A DNA stretch of 63,982 bases, the filler included, from Hausera hauseri (lineage: Eukaryota), in NCBI GenBank assembly GCA_046269625.1. It is 10 parts of 10 records of this genome, joined end to end, with 100 filler letters (N's around TTAATTAATTAA, not from the genome) between each part and the next. Parts side by side here need not be neighbours in the genome. Positions count along the whole stretch, not along the records: positions 1 to 5,977 come from JBJURY010159311.1; positions 6,078 to 14,259 come from JBJURY010742097.1; 8 more parts are not named here. One strand, written 5' to 3'. The position numbers were made by a program, and so were the translations under genes. The notes under the pieces were generated by a model. It worked only from the letters and a program-made list of their open reading frames with translations, was not told the origin of the DNA and ran no database searches. Shown in pieces: positions 1-13,091 of the stretch (positions are counted from its first letter, which is position 1; every line of letters begins with the position of its first letter).

Positions 1-329
1 TATAGAGTGAAAATGTCCGTTTCTTTTGTTGGGAATAGATATTCGTAGAAACACAGTCGTTTGTACGGTTAAGCAACCGGTACCATAGGTTTCGTCTCTC
101 CGTCGCCGCAATGTTGCCAAATGGTATAGCCATTTCAGTAAGTAGATTTTTTTAAAACAGTCGACAGTGTAGCTGGGACAGCTTTAGACTCCTTATTGTA
201 GTGGTGTTCATTGCACACAGATGAAGTGTACGATGCCTGAATTAGCCGTCGTTGATCAATTGTTATCTTGTTAATTATGATAATTTCCTTAAGGTCAGTC
301 GACAAGGATTCTGAAGTAATTACCGAGAA

Positions 330-845
330 GCATATCGTACCAGTTAAGACTTTTAATTGGCTGCTATATATCTTTTTACCTTCGCTAAATATAGCCGTTG
401 GTTTCTTGGTAATATCGAAGTCGTATTCAATTGTATCAGAAAATTTCGATTAATTTTGGATGCTACTCAAAAGGCTTTCATTTCATTCATTGTACGAAAA
501 AAACTTTTCAAGAATAATTTCATTACTCTCTAAAGAACTACCGTTTTTCGAAGTCAATTTCAAAATAACGTTTTGTATAAGAATTGATTTTCCAACTCCA
601 ATATCATCTGTTAGTAAAACATTCCGTTTATTTACCAGTAGCAGTGCCATCAAGAATCCGTATCTGACAGAATCGACAGTTGTAATGATATCTTTCCCAC
701 TCTGCACATTGTACAGAAAGGTATTTATTGAACCCATATTGAAAACACTAATGCCTTCAGTTAAATACTTTGCTAATGGTACGAATACATCCCAGAACGA
801 GAACGTTCCTCTCTCGATATCCACAAAATACAAATAAATTGTTTG
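330..845 (-). pseudogene. Axonemal dynein heavy chain fragment (AAA3 region, DNAH14-like), degenerate
   Basis: The second half of ORF 483..1157 reads TIYLYFVDIERG..WDVFVP..IITTVDSVRYGFLMALLLVNKRNVLLTDDIGVGKS, the dynein pre-AAA3 'PTVDTVRY' motif plus a damaged Walker A. It continues after a stop/frameshift to KVLTGTICFS (cf. 'INFS'). The long insert after Walker A recalls DNAH14. Confidence 0.75.
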
Positions 846-1204
846 ATTGTTCAAACGAAGATGAACGCTATTCGGACCACCATTGTCTTGTTGCAGCGAG
901 TCCGAAGCGCTCGTTATCGAGGAACTTAGTTTTCTGATATTGTTATAATTACAGGAATTATGAGCATCGACGAATACGATTTCGGAATCAATGTTCGACA
1001 GATCAGTGAAATTTTCTATATCATCATTAAGTAAAGGAGATGTAACATTGGCTGGAGTTTGAGGAATGTCAGTTCTGCTTAAAGAACTACATGACGAGGA
1101 AAGAACTGGAGAAGCTATGACTTTCTTCACTGTGGGTAGTAGACAAGGGAGTATCATAAAAATAATGGTTATTCGTCGTGGAGACGGGTGGGGTTTGATA
1201 ATGT

Positions 1205-3563
1205 TTATTCTCTGTGAGAATTCTTGTCATTTTTAGAATAAAAAGAAGTAGGACTAGGATTTTGATTATGAAGAATATGATCTGGAAAAGACAAACGACA
1301 ATAACTGCAAATGTAAGTTGAGATCTGAGTAACTTTTCTGTTGAAGTTTATAAAACAAAATATATGCATCGAAATTTTTAACATCTGTTTTTGATATTTC
1401 GGTGACACGGTCATCGCCGTAAATTCGAGATTTGTTATCAATTGAGTTCTGACAGATGGCAACGTAATGGTCATTAAATAAGTTGCCTCTACGATTAACA
1501 ACTCCAATTAGATGGTAGAGATAACTGTCGTTGTCTGCAGCACATTCCATGTATGGTTTAATATCCAAGTCATTCAAAGGATACTCAATTAAACAATTGA
1601 GTTTATTCAGACTTTCATTCAGTTTCGAACAGGTCGTTTTTACAGATGGATTCGTTTTAGATTTTGCATTCTCCGAATTTAGGTTTTGAGCCCAAACAGA
1701 AAATTTACGATTTGTACCACATCTGGACAAACCCTGACTTTCCAAATACGTTCTGGTCACCAACTTTTTCTTGGTGAATCTTTTGAACATTATTAATATT
1801 GGGGGAGCATGTTGGAGTCGATTTTCTTTACACGCGGCTTGTTTTGTTTTACACTCGGGACATTTCCAAGAATCAGCTGTCGACAACGTATCGGGAATAA
1901 AGAAATCTTTTAAACAATCGGAAATACTAATGGAATGGAAATTAACGTCGTTTTCTGATTTCTGACGAAGTTTGCTGTTTCGACGTTTGAATAATAAATC
2001 ATCGACACTAAAATGTTCGGGAACTTTATCAGGAGGTAGCAAAAATGAGAGGTCATTTAAAAAGGAGCCGTTATCACATTTCCGATTATTCATCGAATTC
2101 TTTAAGATTTCCGTAGTTCGAGTGGGCCAAATAACCGTTAGACGAATGAAACCAGACTCTTCGTCACAAATCTCCATATTTTTCTTTAATGCTTTAGTAA
2201 CGTACGAATAAAATAATGGAAATGGGTCACCTTCTATGATTTTGTGAGTCATTTCCATCATAAATTGAGGCCTTAGTAATCTCGATATGCTCCTGATATT
2301 TAAATTTTTACACATCTGCTCCACCAATGAATGTCTCAGTAAATTAAATTGTTTTTCTTGATGCTTGAACAGCCAGAACATTCGTAAATCGAAAACAACC
2401 GTGTTTTGCGTATGAATGAATATTATTAATATCTGGAGACTCGGATAGATTTTCTTCCATCGTGTTATTTGCATTTTCTTTCATTTTTTCAGTGTGTGAC
2501 TAAAATACGGATAAGTGATTGAGTATCGACAACATCCAAGCGACTATTCTAGATTTTAAGATTATCACTATCAAATCCATTATTGATTGGAAGAAAGTCA
2601 ACATCGACAACTTGACTTGGAATATATACAACGTACAATCCATTTCTGAATCGACCAATGGTACATGATTCGCAAAATTTGTCTCTGACATATTGGTAGT
2701 ATGCGTTCAGTATCCAAAGAAATATCGCCGAATCCGGTTTCACTCAATTCCAACACGACAAAATCTGATGCCGAAAATCCAAGCCGCTCACTGAGGACAT
2801 GTCGAACATCGCCAATTGTCGTATCTTTATTAACTTCAATTGCGTGTTTTGTCAACGTTTTATTGGCATTGATAACAATGATGAAGAAAATATCATCGTC
2901 ACCAAGGTTGTCATTGTCCGACACTTTCGGTATTTGCAGATTTAACGACAACATCAAATCCCGGGACTTCCGTTCGAATCCGCATTCGGGACAGGTGATT
3001 TTCTTTAACAACCAACTACGAAATGAATCATAAATGTACGATGTTTCTTCGGATTTGTTATTTGTGTATTTCGTTCTTTCATGCAGCAAACTGAGAATGA
3101 ACGACAGAAATTCGTGAGCATCTTGTTGAGTATCAATGCTGAATTCGGGTTTGTGGAATTTTAGAAGTTGGCAAAATTTCAATGAGATTTTGTTGTTGTA
3201 AATTCTTTGCCAAAGAACCTGAATCAAATACGAAAATCCAGCTATAACACTGAAATCATTAACATTTTCAATTTGAGATGAATCCAGAAGAAGAATGTGT
3301 TTCAAATAATCCTTTGTCGACAGATATTCGGCAACTCGATCGATATGGGCTAAACATTGAACGATCACGTTTACGTAACACGTGTTACCATGATTTTCAA
3401 TGCCCGTCTGACCCGGAATTACGGAAAGAAATGGAATGATAATACGATTCGACATATGGTTTCCCATTTTCTTTATCCATGAACTGAGTCGAGCTGACGT
3501 CGTTTTGAATTGGCACCATTGTGGGTTTTGGGTTGTGTAGGCAACTTCAAATAATTCCTGCAT
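1205..3563 (-). pseudogene. Ubiquitin-specific protease (peptidase C19, USP31/USP43-like), disrupted
   Basis: Cys box GIENHGNTCYVNVIVQCL, QQDAHEF, two CPEC zinc motifs, LIIMFKRF, His box YHLIGVVNRRGNLFNDHY..GDD..AYILFY. There is a frameshift near 2700, in-frame TAG (2549-2551) and TGA (~2490), and a further frame change before ORF 1266..2474. No introns are evident. Confidence 0.85.
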
Positions 3564-5565
3564 TAGATATTAACAAAGTCAGCAAATATAATACTAAACT
3601 ATTTATTCTGTTTAAACTTTTAAAACCTTTTAATCAATCTACTTTTTATCAACTATATTTGTATACAGTTTATATCAATTCAAGATTTCCGTAGCGTAAC
3701 CGCGATATTTTGTTGTGGAAAATGATAGCTAATCGTGAGGTATCAGTTTGAGAATTTCGTAATGATGAGCTTTGAATATTCGATGAATATTTTTGTTTTG
3801 CAGAACATCAAGAAAACACTTGAGTAAAACTTTGGTTGACGTATTGATTAACCTGCTTTTGAACTATGTTTCAATTATCGCTTGTCGTTATATTGTCAGA
3901 TCTCTCAATCTCAAACAGGGATCCACAAATTCGAATTGTTGTGGTATTGATGAGACACTACGGCACGACGAGACAAAATGACAAAAGTGCATCAATTCGT
4001 CGGCAAAACAATTAACAACAAATAAAAAAAATATTTAAAAGTCCTTGTTAGGCACAACACTACACAACAACAATTATAATTATAAGTACCATATAATTGC
4101 AAATAGGATACATTAGACGCATAAAATCTCACAATTATTAGCCACCAGCTAATAAATATAAGAAATTACGCAAATCTCTTGACTATTACGCAATACGATT
4201 ACTATGTAAATAGTCAAGAGTTGAACAGTAAGGCCAGTCTAAAATCAAAAAATCTATTTACTCGAAAACAAGGCAATTAGATAGTCAAAGAAAAAATGCC
4301 AAACAAACAACAATCAGTACTTCCCAACGACGTTCGAAACTTAACAGCTAGGCCCAGTGAACCAATCACCCGAGTTCCAGACGCGGTAGAAAGCTTACAT
4401 AGCCGCCAACAAAGGTCTGAACTGGTGAAACGATCGCCAGGGGAACGCCAATATCATTCCGAGGTGTTTAATTCCCAAGACACCTCGACCAGACAAAGCT
4501 GAAGAAACGGTACAGATGATGGACCATTCTGTGGAGCGAGAATCGACTGCTAGATATGGCCAACGGCAAACCCGGCGGAACGCCAATGTCGACAAAAGAG
4601 GACGACGCGTCCAGAATCTTTGAACTCCGCATCGACCCTACTCGGATTACCAAACGGTGTGTGAATTTCTGCAGCATAGCCGCTTCGTGAGTCCTACGCA
4701 AACGGAAATCGACGAAGGCTGATCAACTCCTATACATATATGCGCATATTCAACCGGTTGATGGCTGCAGTTGACCGCTTATTCGAATCGGTGGTTCCTT
4801 CCAAGATCTGGATGATTCGCGGTCACCGATCCAACGAAACGCAACGCCCACGGACGTTGAGTTTCATATTGGATGACATGCTGATTCCTCCGAGCCGATG
4901 ATGCAGGCCGGAACCGACTCAATCCTCACTTGAGGACACGTACGCTTTTGCGGACGACACAGTGTGTTTAAATAAATGTTTAATGTTATTTGTCGATGTT
5001 GTTTTTCTTCATTTCTTTTTTCTCCGTCGTTTTATTCGACAGCTTATGCAACTTAACATATAAGACTGCAGAGTTCTTTTAGAAGCGTATACAAAGCTTC
5101 TGAATGGTACTATACTCTTTGAAAAAGACTACACAATGTGGTACTAGACCGGATGGAAAACAAATGGTAAATAGATATGGTCAAAAAGACTAGACGGACC
5201 TGACATAGTACAAATGTCCCAAAAGTGAAAACGACATTTCAGACGAACATTTCAACAAAAGCAACACAAACTACCTCAATATCACCATGAAAAATAGTAA
5301 CCAGTTCGATAAATGAAATCAAGAAAGTTACCAAGGAATTATACGTAACCATACAATCAACTCCACATTCTCTCATCACACGATATCTGATTTGAAAAAC
5401 ACTAATGTCAAGTTTGTATGTTTCCTTCATAATACGCTGATAAGTAAAGGAGTATTGACACCAGAAGATTCAACATTGGCCTGTACTTTTTAAAGCCCGA
5501 CACAAATTCCAAAATTGTAATTACGGAATTAAGCGAAGATTGACAGTTTATATACCAATAATCAA

Positions 5566-5977
5566 ATGGAGAAAACGTTGAAACAAATGATTATGACAAC
5601 TAAAACCGCCATAAAAGTAACTACGTTAAGAAATTCCGAGAATATTTCTAAAGGACATTTCGAATTAATTATCACTTTAAATGCTTCCCTTTTGCTGATA
5701 ATTCTTTTGATTGCCCTAATATTCTATATAAGAAAACGAGATCGAATACGAAAATCTAAAAAGATACTCCGACAATTAAAATTATTAAGGGAAAATTCCC
5801 AGGATGAGCCACCAATTGATACAAATGCGCCTTTCTTTGATACACTGCAAGCAGAAAAGCCAACGGACCCCAAGCGGCAAATCTGCCCGTTAACAGACAT
5901 AATTCTATGTCTATGTATAAAAATACAAGATGAGGCCGCTAAATTCCTCGCAAATTACAATAAAAACAACGAAAGTA
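5566..5977 (+). CDS. Partial single-pass membrane protein (hydrophobic helix followed by a basic stop-transfer cluster); upstream part disrupted, 3' end truncated by the contig end
   Basis: LIITLNASLLLIILLIALIFYI followed by RKRDRIRKSKK. No family recognised. Confidence 0.35.
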
Positions 5978-6077
5978 NNNNNNNNNNNNNNNNNNNNNNN
6001 NNNNNNNNNNNNNNNNNNNNNTTAATTAATTAANNNNNNNNNNNNNNNNNNNNNNNNNNNNNNNNNNNNNNNNNNNN
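5978..6077. other. Artificial contig linker
   Basis: N44-TTAATTAATTAA-N44 (stop codons in all six frames). Confidence 0.98.
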
Positions 6078-6340
6078 TAATGCTTCTTCTACATGTAATC
6101 AAATCAGGATTAAATCAATACAAACATTTCGTCATTCAGGCAACATATAAAGATTCTCAACAAAACCTGAAGGGGAGTCCGATGGCGGTTCGGCATATAA
6201 AATACCTGCGCCTTTAATCACGGGATCATAACAGATTCTTGTTTATTCTAGTGTTAACGTATATCTTGAGTATGGCTGTATTTTACTTCTTCTCTGGTTT
6301 AATACGAGGATCAAAATAAGGTATGGCATAAATCTCGATC

Positions 6341-6432
6341 CTGACTGGGCATACTCATCCATTCTAATCTTAATATGTTCATACTCCTGACTGGGCATAC
6401 TCATCCATTCTAATCTTAATATGTTCATACTC
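6341..6432. repeat. Perfect 46-bp tandem duplication
   Basis: ctgactgggcatactcatccattctaatcttaatatgttcatactc x2. Confidence 0.95.
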
Positions 6433-6709
6433 CCAGTAATTACAACATATTTCAATACAAGTTATCTTAGTCGAATATTTGTGAATCCTTTGATTCTTAT
6501 ACCTCATATTTCTTTAATTTATATGTAATTATACAGTGATACTTATCTACCCCAAAATGTCTAGTCGACGGACACCGGATTGATTAGGGGAACCAATTCA
6601 CCTCCATTCACTTCTGGCTTTACAAAATTCGAAAACCGGGACAAGAAATCAGCATTGGGAATTTGTTTACCAGGACGATGCATTATGTCATAACGATAAC
6701 CTGAAGGTT

Positions 6710-6835
6710 TCGCTGTAAATAACATTTCTCAGTTTTGCTTAACAAGCGAGAAATAGAACAACGGACGTTCTTTATGTTCCAGAACAGCGTCTATATCTAC
6801 TTCGGAGGCATCAACAACAATCTGTGACTTAACAG
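6710..6835 (-). mobile_element. Ty3/Gypsy RNase H relic
   Basis: The minus strand reads SQIVVDASEVDIDAVLEHKERPLFYFS/LLSKTEKCY, matching 'TDAS..GIGAVLEQ..RP...SR.LS..E..Y'. Confidence 0.65.
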
Positions 6836-8873
6836 TACGACAAACGCTCCTATGTATGCATCACATAGAGCACCGCAGGCAAATACGAAAAGTGGATTCG
6901 CAATCATGGGCCTGATATTACCCCCAGTGATTCTGGCTATTTGATCTCCTCAAGAAACATTTGTGAGGCCGGAGGTTCGAGTTCAAGAACGACCTGGAGG
7001 AAAACGTAGAGGGATTTCTCTTGGTAACGGACTTAGTCTTCTTCGAGAATAGGTTTAAAGTCATGATTGACACTGGAAGAAATGCGTGAGCGTGCGTGAT
7101 AATTATGTTAAGAATAACACCTTTATATATTCGTTGCTTCAAATATAAAATCAGGTCCGAATATATTTTATTTCTATGGGATCCCTACTACAAACAATAA
7201 ATCCTTGAAATCGACCGGGGACGAGAATGTAAAAAACGTATCAAAAATCATCATTAAAACACACACGTGGAGGAAGGCAGATCAACTCAAAATACTGAGT
7301 ATTTTCTTACCCAACGGATATTAAGGTATATAATCCTTTGTTATATTACTAGAATTCTTTTCTAAAGTAGCTTATGTGCCCGTTAGATGTCTAAATATAT
7401 AGAACGTGAGTTTGTTAATTTTATGCACTCAGCAATTAATGGTGGCCTTCCTATCCATCAGGTGTTGAAGTATACAACCTTTTATTCTGTCACTTTAAAT
7501 CATTCCAAAGCTCTCTACGATGATGACTGGTAATTATTGAACATTTTATAAGGAGAGAAGATTTTGCTCTATTTGTGATATCATTATTACATACATTCTC
7601 GTCTGAATAAATTAATTACATAAAATCTCGATAATAGATTCTTTTATCATGACACGTTTCGTCCATTAATCCCGAATATTGAGTTTACTTCAATAATTTT
7701 ATAAAGGGTACATATTCTGAAGAGCCTGTTGAACAACTTTTATCTATGTCCTTTGCATCATGAAGAATATTCACTGAAATCATGATTTATTACACAATTA
7801 TGTTTGATCTATCATAAAAATGTACGCAATCTATCATAAAATGTACGATAATAATCGAATCTAATTCAGAAGGGTCGCAATAAAATTTTATAATGAACAA
7901 TCATTAGGTTACTCAGAGCATAAAATGAAACTCGTTATATAGGACAATAATAAAAGTGCTTATATAAATTGTGTTAGATATCACTCATTTAAATCGAGTA
8001 CCCCATTAAATTTTTAACAATCAATAACTATAATTCATTGGTTTTAAGACCTTTGATACGCATATAATTGGCATATGAGTCAGCAACAAATCACATCTAT
8101 GTATAAACCATGATTATTCGTTTCATTATTTCGGTGAAATTCTGACTGAATCAATCGATAAATTAGACTCCTCCTTGCATATTGAATTGTCGTAATCTTT
8201 AAGACACCTTTGGAAAATGGAATCTAATCATCAGAATACCTTTCAATTACACGCCAAACTTGATCATGAATCGATCGGATTTCCCATTTATCAATTGGCG
8301 GATCCTCGTACACTCGGGATACCTCGGTTTGGGTACGATTCGATTATCGTCGTGATACAATCGATTATCTTTTACCTTTTGCGTATGGTCCGACGATTTG
8401 AAGATATTTTCAGTCTTAATCGGCGAATACTTTCTTGCTATGTCGTTGTTCTTTCTCGTTCGCAGGTTAACGTAACGTTGATCTCATCGTCAGCCGTTAT
8501 CAATTAAAACGGTAATTTATGATATTAAAATTTATTAAACAAATTTTTCATGAATCTCATATACAAACCAAACACACGCGACCATCGAGTAATAGAAAAT
8601 GAAAATAAAAAATAATTGAAAATGTTTACCATTTGCATCTCCTATTGGCATGTTGTTGGCATCTGAAGTCATCCTTGAATGATGTTGAAGTTTATTAGGA
8701 TAATGTCGAGTAGTTTTCTGTTTTTAAAACAATTTAAATAATCAGTGACCAAGTTATTACCTGGAGTCCAAAATTATTCGATAACGAATAAGTGAGCAAA
8801 TTAATTGCAAGTAAGTAAGTTAAGTAGTTGTTGTTGTGAAGTGGTCGGGTATTTATATATATATATATATTTG

Positions 8874-9022
8874 ATTCGAATGACGTCAATCTAATTTCAA
8901 ATTTCAATTTTCATACGTCATTCGAATTTCCAATTTCGATTTTCAATTTGTCCTTATACATCATCAACTGATTTCGAATGACGTCAATCCGGTTTCAAAA
9001 TTCAACTTGCATACGTCATTCG
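8874..9022. repeat. Two 98-bp-period units, each an inverted-repeat hairpin containing TGACGTCA
   Basis: attcgaatgacgt (8874-8886) / acgtcattcgaat (8915-8927) with a 28-nt loop. Second copy cgaatgacgt (8975-8984) / acgtcattcg (9013-9022), also with a 28-nt loop. Confidence 0.85.
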
Positions 9023-9303
9023 GTTTTTCAATTTCAATATTCAATTGACCTTATGTTTTCAATATTCAATTGACCTTATGTCAACTTTTCAGATTTATCC
9101 ATTTTTATAATTTTACTTTAACTTTTGATTAACTTAAAGCAATTTCAATAAAATAATTTTAATATTTTTCAATACAATGATTACTCGAGGTCGTTACATT
9201 GGATCACATTTGATATACAATGAACAGTACAGATAAAAGTGTTTGCCTATCATGGAGGCTCGACAGTATAAAAAGGGGTTTTAATTGTAGTTGTCATTGT
9301 TGC

Positions 9304-9494
9304 CATAATATTTACAAATCAAAAGATTATCATATCATAATATTTACAAATCAAAAGATTACAAATCAAAAGATTATCATAAGATGTACGTTTTCAAAAT
9401 GTTATATGTTTCGATTTCAATCAACAATAGAGTGTCTCAACATTTTCAAAATGTTATATGTTTCGATTTCAATCAACAATAGAGTGTCTCAACA
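9304..9494. repeat. Cluster of short tandem duplications, including a perfect 52-bp x2 (9391-9494)
   Basis: cataatatttacaaatcaaaagatt repeated with a nested partial copy; ttttcaaaatgttatatgtttcgatttcaatcaacaatagagtgtctcaaca x2. Confidence 0.9.
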
Positions 9495-10149
9495 AATGTA
9501 CTATATGCTTAAAAAACTTAATAGAAAATATCGACCAAAGGTGTCCAAATGCACCAAATGCAATTATTCAATATATAAGACCTCTGAAAGATACAATATG
9601 AAACAATGCCGAATAAAATATTTTCAATCTTTATGCAAACTGTTGGATCGGATTTATATATATTGGAGATAATTAAATCCCCCTTTGATTGTAATTATAC
9701 TGGTGTGCTACATATCGTTCTAGGGGGTCGATTGATGCACCCAAAATGCACCGGTATAAATTCTGATTTAAACCAGCTTAATTTTCGTCAGCCGCACCCG
9801 GTACAAAATACAAACTTCCACAATTGGTGTCAGAAATTCCAGAACAGATACAGTTGTGATCGCGTAAACATTGTCTGGGCCAACGGGAATTTGTGCACAG
9901 CAAATCGAGTAAGTTCAGTAGTTGTTTCTGAGGCACCCGGTGACTATTTTTTGCGCTTTGTCTATGCCACTCTTATGTTTTTGGAATTTGATGCCATTGA
10001 AACGTTCCATAAATTTAAACGGTCAAATTTTATGTACGGTACGATTTTTATCACAAAAATTAAAGTCTCAAATTTTAGTGGATTTACCATAAATGACGAA
10101 ATCTATGACAAATTTATTATAAGAAACAGTTTTATTGTTTTTGCATCGA

Positions 10150-11600
10150 TATCAGAGAAAAATATTCGAAGCAAATTATTCTGCTCACAGAGACTAGTTC
10201 TTGTCATAATTGGCTTCCTAAGCTCATTAAATTTGTATGCTATTCGTATGAACCTGAGTGTTCAAATTCTTTGTATGACAAATCATTCAGCAGTTGCTGC
10301 CATTGAATCTGACTTGTCGAGCATGATGTCGATTAACACGAGTTTTAGAAACAGTAGTCGTCAAATGAAGGAAGAATCAGTTTACAGAGATGGAGATCTT
10401 ATTTGGACTAAACAATCACGTGGCTTAATTCTGGGAGTGTTTTTCTGCGGTTATCTTATAACTCAGATACCCGCTGGCATTCTCGTACACCGGTTCAGTG
10501 CAAAATGGATTCTCTTTATTTTCATGTCAACATCAGCAATTTCGGTCCTACTGACTCCGGTTGCCGCACGAAGCAGTATTGATTTTATTGTCGCGCTACG
10601 CGTCATCTATGGTATCGCTTCTGGCGTCTAGTTTCCTTGCCTACATCAAATTTGGTCGAATTGGTCTCCACCAAAAGAACGGTCGATTCCCCTTGGAATT
10701 ACATATGCAGGTCTTCACGTTGGAAATGCAATTACTTTGCCAGTAGCTGGATTACTGTATCAGTACGGATTTGCTGGTGGTTGGCCTTTGATATTCTACC
10801 TCTCAGGAATCTTTGGCATTATTTGGTGCACACTGTAGGCCAATTTTGTTTATGATAATCCCGAGAAACATCCCAGGGTAACTATTTCTAAAACTTTATA
10901 TTGAGAATTCATTAATTGGCCAAATGGATAGCAAAGAGACAAAAAATTAACAGTGAGAGATTTACCATGGTTATCCATTCTCAAGTCCAAACAATTTTGG
11001 GCTATTGCTGTGATTAATATAACATTCGATTGGAATGGCTATACATTTATCACAAGTACACCAACTTACATGAAAGATTTATTGAAGTTCAATATGTCTC
11101 AGTACGGATTTGCATCGGCAGCACCTTATGTGGGTATGTGGCTATCACAAATTGGTTTTGCACTTCTTTGTGATCAGCTGCAGAGGAAGAAACTCTTATT
11201 AGTAACTGGTATCCGAAAACTAATGAGTTCAGTGGGAATGCTAATACCAGCACTCATCATAATTATTTTGGCTTATCTTACATGTGAATCTCGATACGTT
11301 GCAGTTGCTTTACTGACAGTTGGGTTGTCAGTAACGTTTGCATTGTTCGTTGGGGCTTTAGTAAACCATGTAGATATCGCTCCTCGATATTCAGTGTTAC
11401 CTTTTGAATTAACCAATACTCTTGGTGCTTTTACCGGATTTTTTATCCTCGTATTTTATAAAAGCCGTAACAAAAAAAATACGTTGCATAAATGGAGGAT
11501 TGTATTTTTCATTTGTTCGGCCATTTATGCTCTTGGTGTAATTTTTTATTTGATATTTGGATCTGGTGAATTAGAACCATGGGCAGCAGAAGGTAACAAA
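10150..11600 (+). pseudogene. SLC17-family (sialin/VGLUT-like) MFS anion transporter, disrupted and intronless
   Basis: YAIRMNLSV, GLILGVFFCGYLITQIPAG, FPCLHQIWSNWSPPKERS, GGWPLIFY, PEKHPR, PWLSILKS, PTYMKDLL, NHVDIAPRY, WRIVF, FGSGELEPWA. In-frame TAG at 10629 and ~10836, plus compensating frameshifts at ~10890-10950. Confidence 0.9.
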
Positions 11601-12455
11601 GAAAAGGAGAAAGTATACTTGGATAGTGTTTTGATAGGCCCCGTAATGACTACTACAGCAGAGTTAAGGAAATCTGATAATAGGGACACCCAACCGATAG
11701 TTGGGTTACATTTTCCTAAGTCGGTTATCCAATATGCACCTATTGTCATAGATGACCTCGAATCCGTTGCTACAGATAGGAACCATTTAACTTATGAGAG
11801 GCAACTTATGGACAATGCTCATTATCAATTGAAACATAATTTCGGATCTATCGAAATTACGTATGTTTTCAAAACTGTAGGTGTTGTTGAACTAGTTGTT
11901 TTCTTTAACAACGCCCTGTTTTGGTTGGCACCTACGGCATGTTGCAATGAGATCGTTACCGACTGTAAGAACTGCTTTTCCATTAGATTTTGGATACGAT
12001 TTACCGCTCTAATGCCCAGTATTTCCACTTTTCATATCATTCGACTAGTTGTTTTGAAATATACTTTTAAAGTAGAAATGTCAAGGAAAATCTCCGAAAA
12101 CTTGATCATGTTTTCGTGTGGTTTTGCCAGTTTACGAATAACGAGGAAATGGACGTCCGTTGAATTGTTTTGGGATGATGATGAAGAATTTTTTATCTGG
12201 TTGAATCGGGTTAATATTTTGTGTCAATATGTTTCCAATAAACGACCATCGAAACTGTTCCTTAAAACCTGTATACCTGCCATTCCAAGGTCACTCCCTT
12301 CAGACAATTAACTCTCAGATTGTTGATCTACTTTCACGCTTGGGTATTCATATCGACGAGGAATTGAAAATAATGTCTCATCAGGCCCTGATAAGTATCA
12401 AGAATTTCCGAATAGGCGATGTAAGACCATACAAACTGTTTTGCGTTTTGTCCAT

Positions 12456-13091
12456 AAGGAAATACCTGGAGCACCAGGCTTACGGCGTGGTGTTATTTAT
12501 TTCATAATATTCCTATTTATGCCCATTTCGAATCATAATTTAATGACATTGGCCGTTATCTGTAAAAATACCATCAATATTTACGCAGGTATTAATGGAA
12601 TAGTGGTTGACCAAAGTTCGGTTATTACAGTTTCTATTTGCTGCTTCAATTTGGTTGCATTTGTTACCGGTCCGTGTTGGCAGTATAATCTTTTTTCTTT
12701 GCCTTTTATGATTCCGTACGTTTTCTGTTGCCTGAGACTTTTAAAATACAATCGATATCCAGCGAAGGCGTTCGTTGCTGATACATTTTGCAATTATTCC
12801 GACACCACTTTTACCTTCGTTGCGTTTCTAGGCCATTTCAGCAAAACACTTCTTTAGTCCTCAGATCATAAATTTCGTCTATTCTATTCAACCGTTGTTT
12901 CACTTTATTCTTTGGCCACGACATCGTTTTTCGAGATATTTTGTACTGTTGACAAAGTTACTTATTCTACATTGAAATTTAAATTAGCTTCATTGGGCAA
13001 AATTGGTAAACTACGCTTTCACGTTCTGAAGTATTTGACACTCGTAGGAATTCATGAACTCGACGATGACTACACAGAAATTAATAAAATG
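12456..13091 (+). pseudogene. DPAGT1: Dolichyl-phosphate GlcNAc-1-phosphotransferase (GPT) fragment with internal deletion and frameshifts
   Basis: EIPGAPG..GVIYFIIFLFMP joins directly to LAVICKNTINIYAGINGI..QS, then LLKYNRYPAKAFVADTFC, LGHFSKTLL, PQIINFVYS, WPRHR and YTEINKM. This matches DPAGT1 'NAINILAGINGLE', 'YPSRVFVGDTFCY' and 'GHFSKT'. Confidence 0.88.

Noticed and set aside
4296-4960. GC-elevated stretch as a retroelement remnant
   Set aside because: No convincing protein motif in any frame.
6341-9494. CRISPR-like arrays
   Set aside because: The repeats are directly adjacent without unique spacers, there are no cas genes, and the context is eukaryotic.
9500-9780. piggyBac C-terminal Cys motif and terminus
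   Set aside because: Only KCTKC and a GC-rich subterminal-like stretch are present, with no clear TIR plus TTAA.
9606-10150. N-terminal part of the 341-aa ORF and C-terminal half (11600-12311) of the 452-aa ORF as SLC17 coding sequence
   Set aside because: Neither shows MFS similarity; they are read-through into unrelated sequence.
10629-10840. Stop-codon reassignment (in-frame TAGs in SLC17, USP, gag)
   Set aside because: The same genes also contain frameshifts and TAA/TGA stops, several TAGs derive from TGG, and the long nesprin ORFs have no internal TAG.
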